Below, piece by piece: positions 57,188 to 59,734 of a stretch of DNA of 59,734 bases. The notes under the pieces were generated by a model, which searched no databases, was not told where the DNA came from, and saw only the letters and a program-made list of their open reading frames with translations. Made by a program: the position numbers and the translations under genes. Position 1 is the first letter of the stretch; every line of letters starts with the position of its first letter. This DNA comes from a virus (taxonomy: Duplodnaviria; Caudoviricetes): the IMG/VR virus record IMGVR_UViG_3300037755_000523, positions 1 to 59,734 of that record. The stretch is one strand, 5' to 3'.

Positions 57188-57489
57188 GCGGAAAAATCTA
57201 CACGGTAGGCGACACGGTGCGCTGCACTGGCACACTCAAAACGAGTATGGGCGTCAAGGAAGACACGACCGGTGCGGTCACTTTCAAGGTCAAGTCGCCG
57301 GCCGGCGTGGTGACAACCTATCTCTACGGCACAGACCCTGAACTCGTGCGCAGCGCGGAGGGTATCTATTACGTCGAAGTCGACGCTAACGCTTGGGGCG
57401 TCTGGTATTACGGCTTCGTCTCGACCGGCAGCGCAAAGGCTGCGCAGGAAAGTTGGTTTGAGGCGCGGCGGGGAGATGTGTTTGCATGA
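57184..57489 (+). CDS. Small Ig-like protein
   Basis: YTVGDTVR...VTFKVKSP...GIYY...GVWYY; ATGA-coupled to the giant gene. Confidence 0.6.
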   Translation: MSGKIYTVGDTVRCTGTLKTSMGVKEDTTGAVTFKVKSPAGVVTTYLYGTDPELVRSAEGIYYVEVDANAWGVWYYGFVSTGSAKAAQESWFEARRGDVFA

Positions 57490-57639
57490 TGCAATCTATT
57501 TTGTCATGGTTCGGCCAACACGAGCGCGCCGTCATTGTGCTGATTGTCTGCACGGCGGCGCTGCTGGCCGTGGCGTTGTTGTTGGGCGACGACGTGATGA
57601 TTTTCTTTCGTTGGCTGGGGGAGTTGGTGGGGCAATAGG

Positions 57640-58167
57640 ATGGCGCTCAGTGGTAAGCAACGGGTGTTCGTTGCAGAATATACAACCAATGGATTCAATG
57701 CAACGCAGGCGGCGATTTCGGCAGGTTATTCCAGAAAAACGGCTGACTCTACAGGCTGGGAAAACCTGAAAAAACCAGAGATCGCCACTGAGATCGAACG
57801 CGCCATTTCCCATCGCTGCATGACCCAGGAAGAAATACTAATTCGTCTGGCCGAGCAAGGGCGCGCGGAATATAGCGAATACATCAAGGAAGACGGATCG
57901 GTTGACCTAGCCGGCTTAAAATTCGCTGGCAAAATGCACCTGGTCAAAGGAATTAAGGAGACAGCAGCCGGTCGCACAGTTGAGTTTTATGATGCGTTTT
58001 CCGCTCTGGTGCAGGTAGGTCGGGCGCACAAGATGTTTACCGACAAACAGGAGAATACGACTGAGTTGACCGGCGCGCTGACGTTGCAAGATTGGCACAA
58101 ACAGGCCGCGTCTTCCCGCAAACAGGCCACCGCAACGCTTGCGGACTTTGAAGATGATCCTGAGTGA
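57640..58167 (+). CDS. terS: Terminase small subunit
   Basis: LSGKQRVFVAEY...NATQAAISAGYS...ENLKKPEI. Confidence 0.9.
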   Translation: MALSGKQRVFVAEYTTNGFNATQAAISAGYSRKTADSTGWENLKKPEIATEIERAISHRCMTQEEILIRLAEQGRAEYSEYIKEDGSVDLAGLKFAGKMHLVKGIKETAAGRTVEFYDAFSALVQVGRAHKMFTDKQENTTELTGALTLQDWHKQAASSRKQATATLADFEDDPE

Positions 58168-59608
58168 ACGTTGTAACTTTTTAGTCGATAATCTCGATCT
58201 GGTGGAAGCGTCTGGCGTCGAAGACGCTCGCTGGGAGTATTTCCAGCTTGCGCATCTGAGCGACGATAGCACATTTAGAATCGAAGACAAAAGCCGACAG
58301 ATCGCTTGGTCTTTCCTGGTCGCCGCAGAGGCTATCGCCAACGCGGTGCTATATGGCACTTCGTCCATGTTTCAATCCATGAATCAGGACGAAGCGAAGG
58401 AGAAGATCATCTATGCCAACCGTATCTATGAGTCGTTGCGCATCGGTGGCTTGGCGAAACTAACGCGCAGCAATCAGCTAGAGATTGCATTCGACAACGG
58501 CGCACGCATCATCTCATCACCGGGCACACCGCAACGCGGTAAAGCACAGTTTTGGGTGTACCTGGACGAGTGGGCGCACCAGAAGCATGATCGGGCAAAC
58601 TACACGGCAAGCCTACCGATCATCTCGAAAGGCGGCGTTATCCGAGGGGGATCATCACCGCTAGGCGCATCGGGCATATTTTGGGAAATTTTCACGGAGT
58701 CCCTGCGTAAGTATCCTGGCTACACTCGTAAGCGTACGCCCTGGTGGGAAATTTACGCCTTTAGCACGAATGTGCGTGAGGCGCGCAAAAAAGCGCCGGC
58801 CATGCCCACGGCGCAGCGGGTGGAAGTCTACGGCAACGAGCGCATCCAGGCGATTTTCGCCAACATGCCGCTCGAAGACTTTCAGCAGGAATACGAGTGC
58901 GATTTTGTTGACGAAACAACCGCATGGATTACATGGGACGAGATTAAGGACGCACAAGACCCGGGGCTATTGTGCCGGTTGGTTGAATCGGTTGGCACGC
59001 TCGATCCACGAGTAGCCGAAGCGATTGAGGAAACTCGTCGTGATGTAGGATGGGGTAAACTAGAACAGGTGTTTGCGGCAGGAGTGGACATTGGTCGCAC
59101 CCGTAACACGACGGAGATTTATCTGATCGGCCTATCGCCTACAAATACGTTCCCGTTGCGTTTGGCGATTACGCTTGACAATATGGAGTTTGACGATCAA
59201 CTCACCGTGATGTCGCTACTTTTACGCGTGCTGCCTATCGTGTCCATGCTCATCGACCAAAACGGCATTGGGCGCAATCTGGCCGAAAACCTTGTTGACC
59301 TGTTCCCGTCAAAGGTGCAACCAATGGATTTTACCAACGCAACCAAAACGCTTTGGGCTACGGATGCCAAGATGCTGATCCAACAACATAAGACGCCGTT
59401 GCCGGCAGATCGTGATCTGGCCTATCAAATCCATAGCATCAAGCGCATCGTGACCGCATCGCGTAATCTTGTCTTCGACACTGAGCGCAATGAGAAGCAT
59501 CACGCAGATAAATTTTGGGCCTGGGCGCTAGGGCTGGCCGGTGCAAAAGACGCAATGCAGTTCGGACAAGCAAGCGACATCCTAAAGTCAATCGCGAACC
59601 TAAACTAA
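58154..59608 (+). CDS. terL: Terminase large subunit (Mu gp28-like motifs)
   Basis: KSRQIAWS; LDEWAH; SSP; FQQEYEC; GVDIG; IDQNGIG; HADKFWA. Confidence 0.9.
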   Translation: MILSERCNFLVDNLDLVEASGVEDARWEYFQLAHLSDDSTFRIEDKSRQIAWSFLVAAEAIANAVLYGTSSMFQSMNQDEAKEKIIYANRIYESLRIGGLAKLTRSNQLEIAFDNGARIISSPGTPQRGKAQFWVYLDEWAHQKHDRANYTASLPIISKGGVIRGGSSPLGASGIFWEIFTESLRKYPGYTRKRTPWWEIYAFSTNVREARKKAPAMPTAQRVEVYGNERIQAIFANMPLEDFQQEYECDFVDETTAWITWDEIKDAQDPGLLCRLVESVGTLDPRVAEAIEETRRDVGWGKLEQVFAAGVDIGRTRNTTEIYLIGLSPTNTFPLRLAITLDNMEFDDQLTVMSLLLRVLPIVSMLIDQNGIGRNLAENLVDLFPSKVQPMDFTNATKTLWATDAKMLIQQHKTPLPADRDLAYQIHSIKRIVTASRNLVFDTERNEKHHADKFWAWALGLAGAKDAMQFGQASDILKSIANLN

Positions 59609-59734
59609 TGGCTACATTTTGGAGTAAATTCGCAATGGCAACCACAGCCGCGTACCAAACGTTTCGGCGCGTGTACAGCAATCCAGAGGACGAGCAGCGC
59701 CGGGCGGCGTTCTCATCGCGGCGCGTCGTCTACG
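59608..59734. repeat. 127-bp terminal overlap with bases 1-127 (circular assembly)
   Basis: Identical to the first 127 bases. Confidence 0.95.

Noticed and set aside
59608-59734. Biological direct terminal repeat
   Set aside because: The 127-bp length matches a common assembler k-mer and starts exactly at the portal ATG, so it is most likely a circular-assembly overlap

Overview
The window is a complete, circularly assembled tailed-phage genome of about 59.6 kb: bases 59608-59734 repeat bases 1-127. It is siphovirus-like (tail tube, frameshifted tail chaperone, 1015-aa tape measure, no sheath). Order: portal/head/tail (1-22.3 kb); a minus-strand array of small early genes built on repeated promoter/RBS/hairpin units (22.4-27.1 kb); an FtsK/TraB-like ATPase with membrane partners (27.2-30.5 kb); two divergent HTH switches (33 and 37 kb); a frameshifted DNA methyltransferase; a DinG helicase and primase-polymerase replication module; small membrane genes; a beta-helix/giant repeat-protein cluster (48.6-57.5 kb); terminase. 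I could not recognise an integrase, partition system or endolysin. A filamentous Chloroflexota host is inferred only from REP-like repeats and a TGGGxxVxGD...RD motif. Best leads: (i) a Streptomyces-type Tra/Spd-like DNA-transfer module in a phage; (ii) a 1977-aa protein with 14-aa repeats in 12/12/24 blocks beside small beta-rich partners, a possible templated filament; (iii) two holin-position proteins with an amyloid-like N-terminal motif; (iv) the repeat-bounded early gene cassette array, which includes a mini ADP-ribosyltransferase. All family calls come from visual motif recognition, not database searches.
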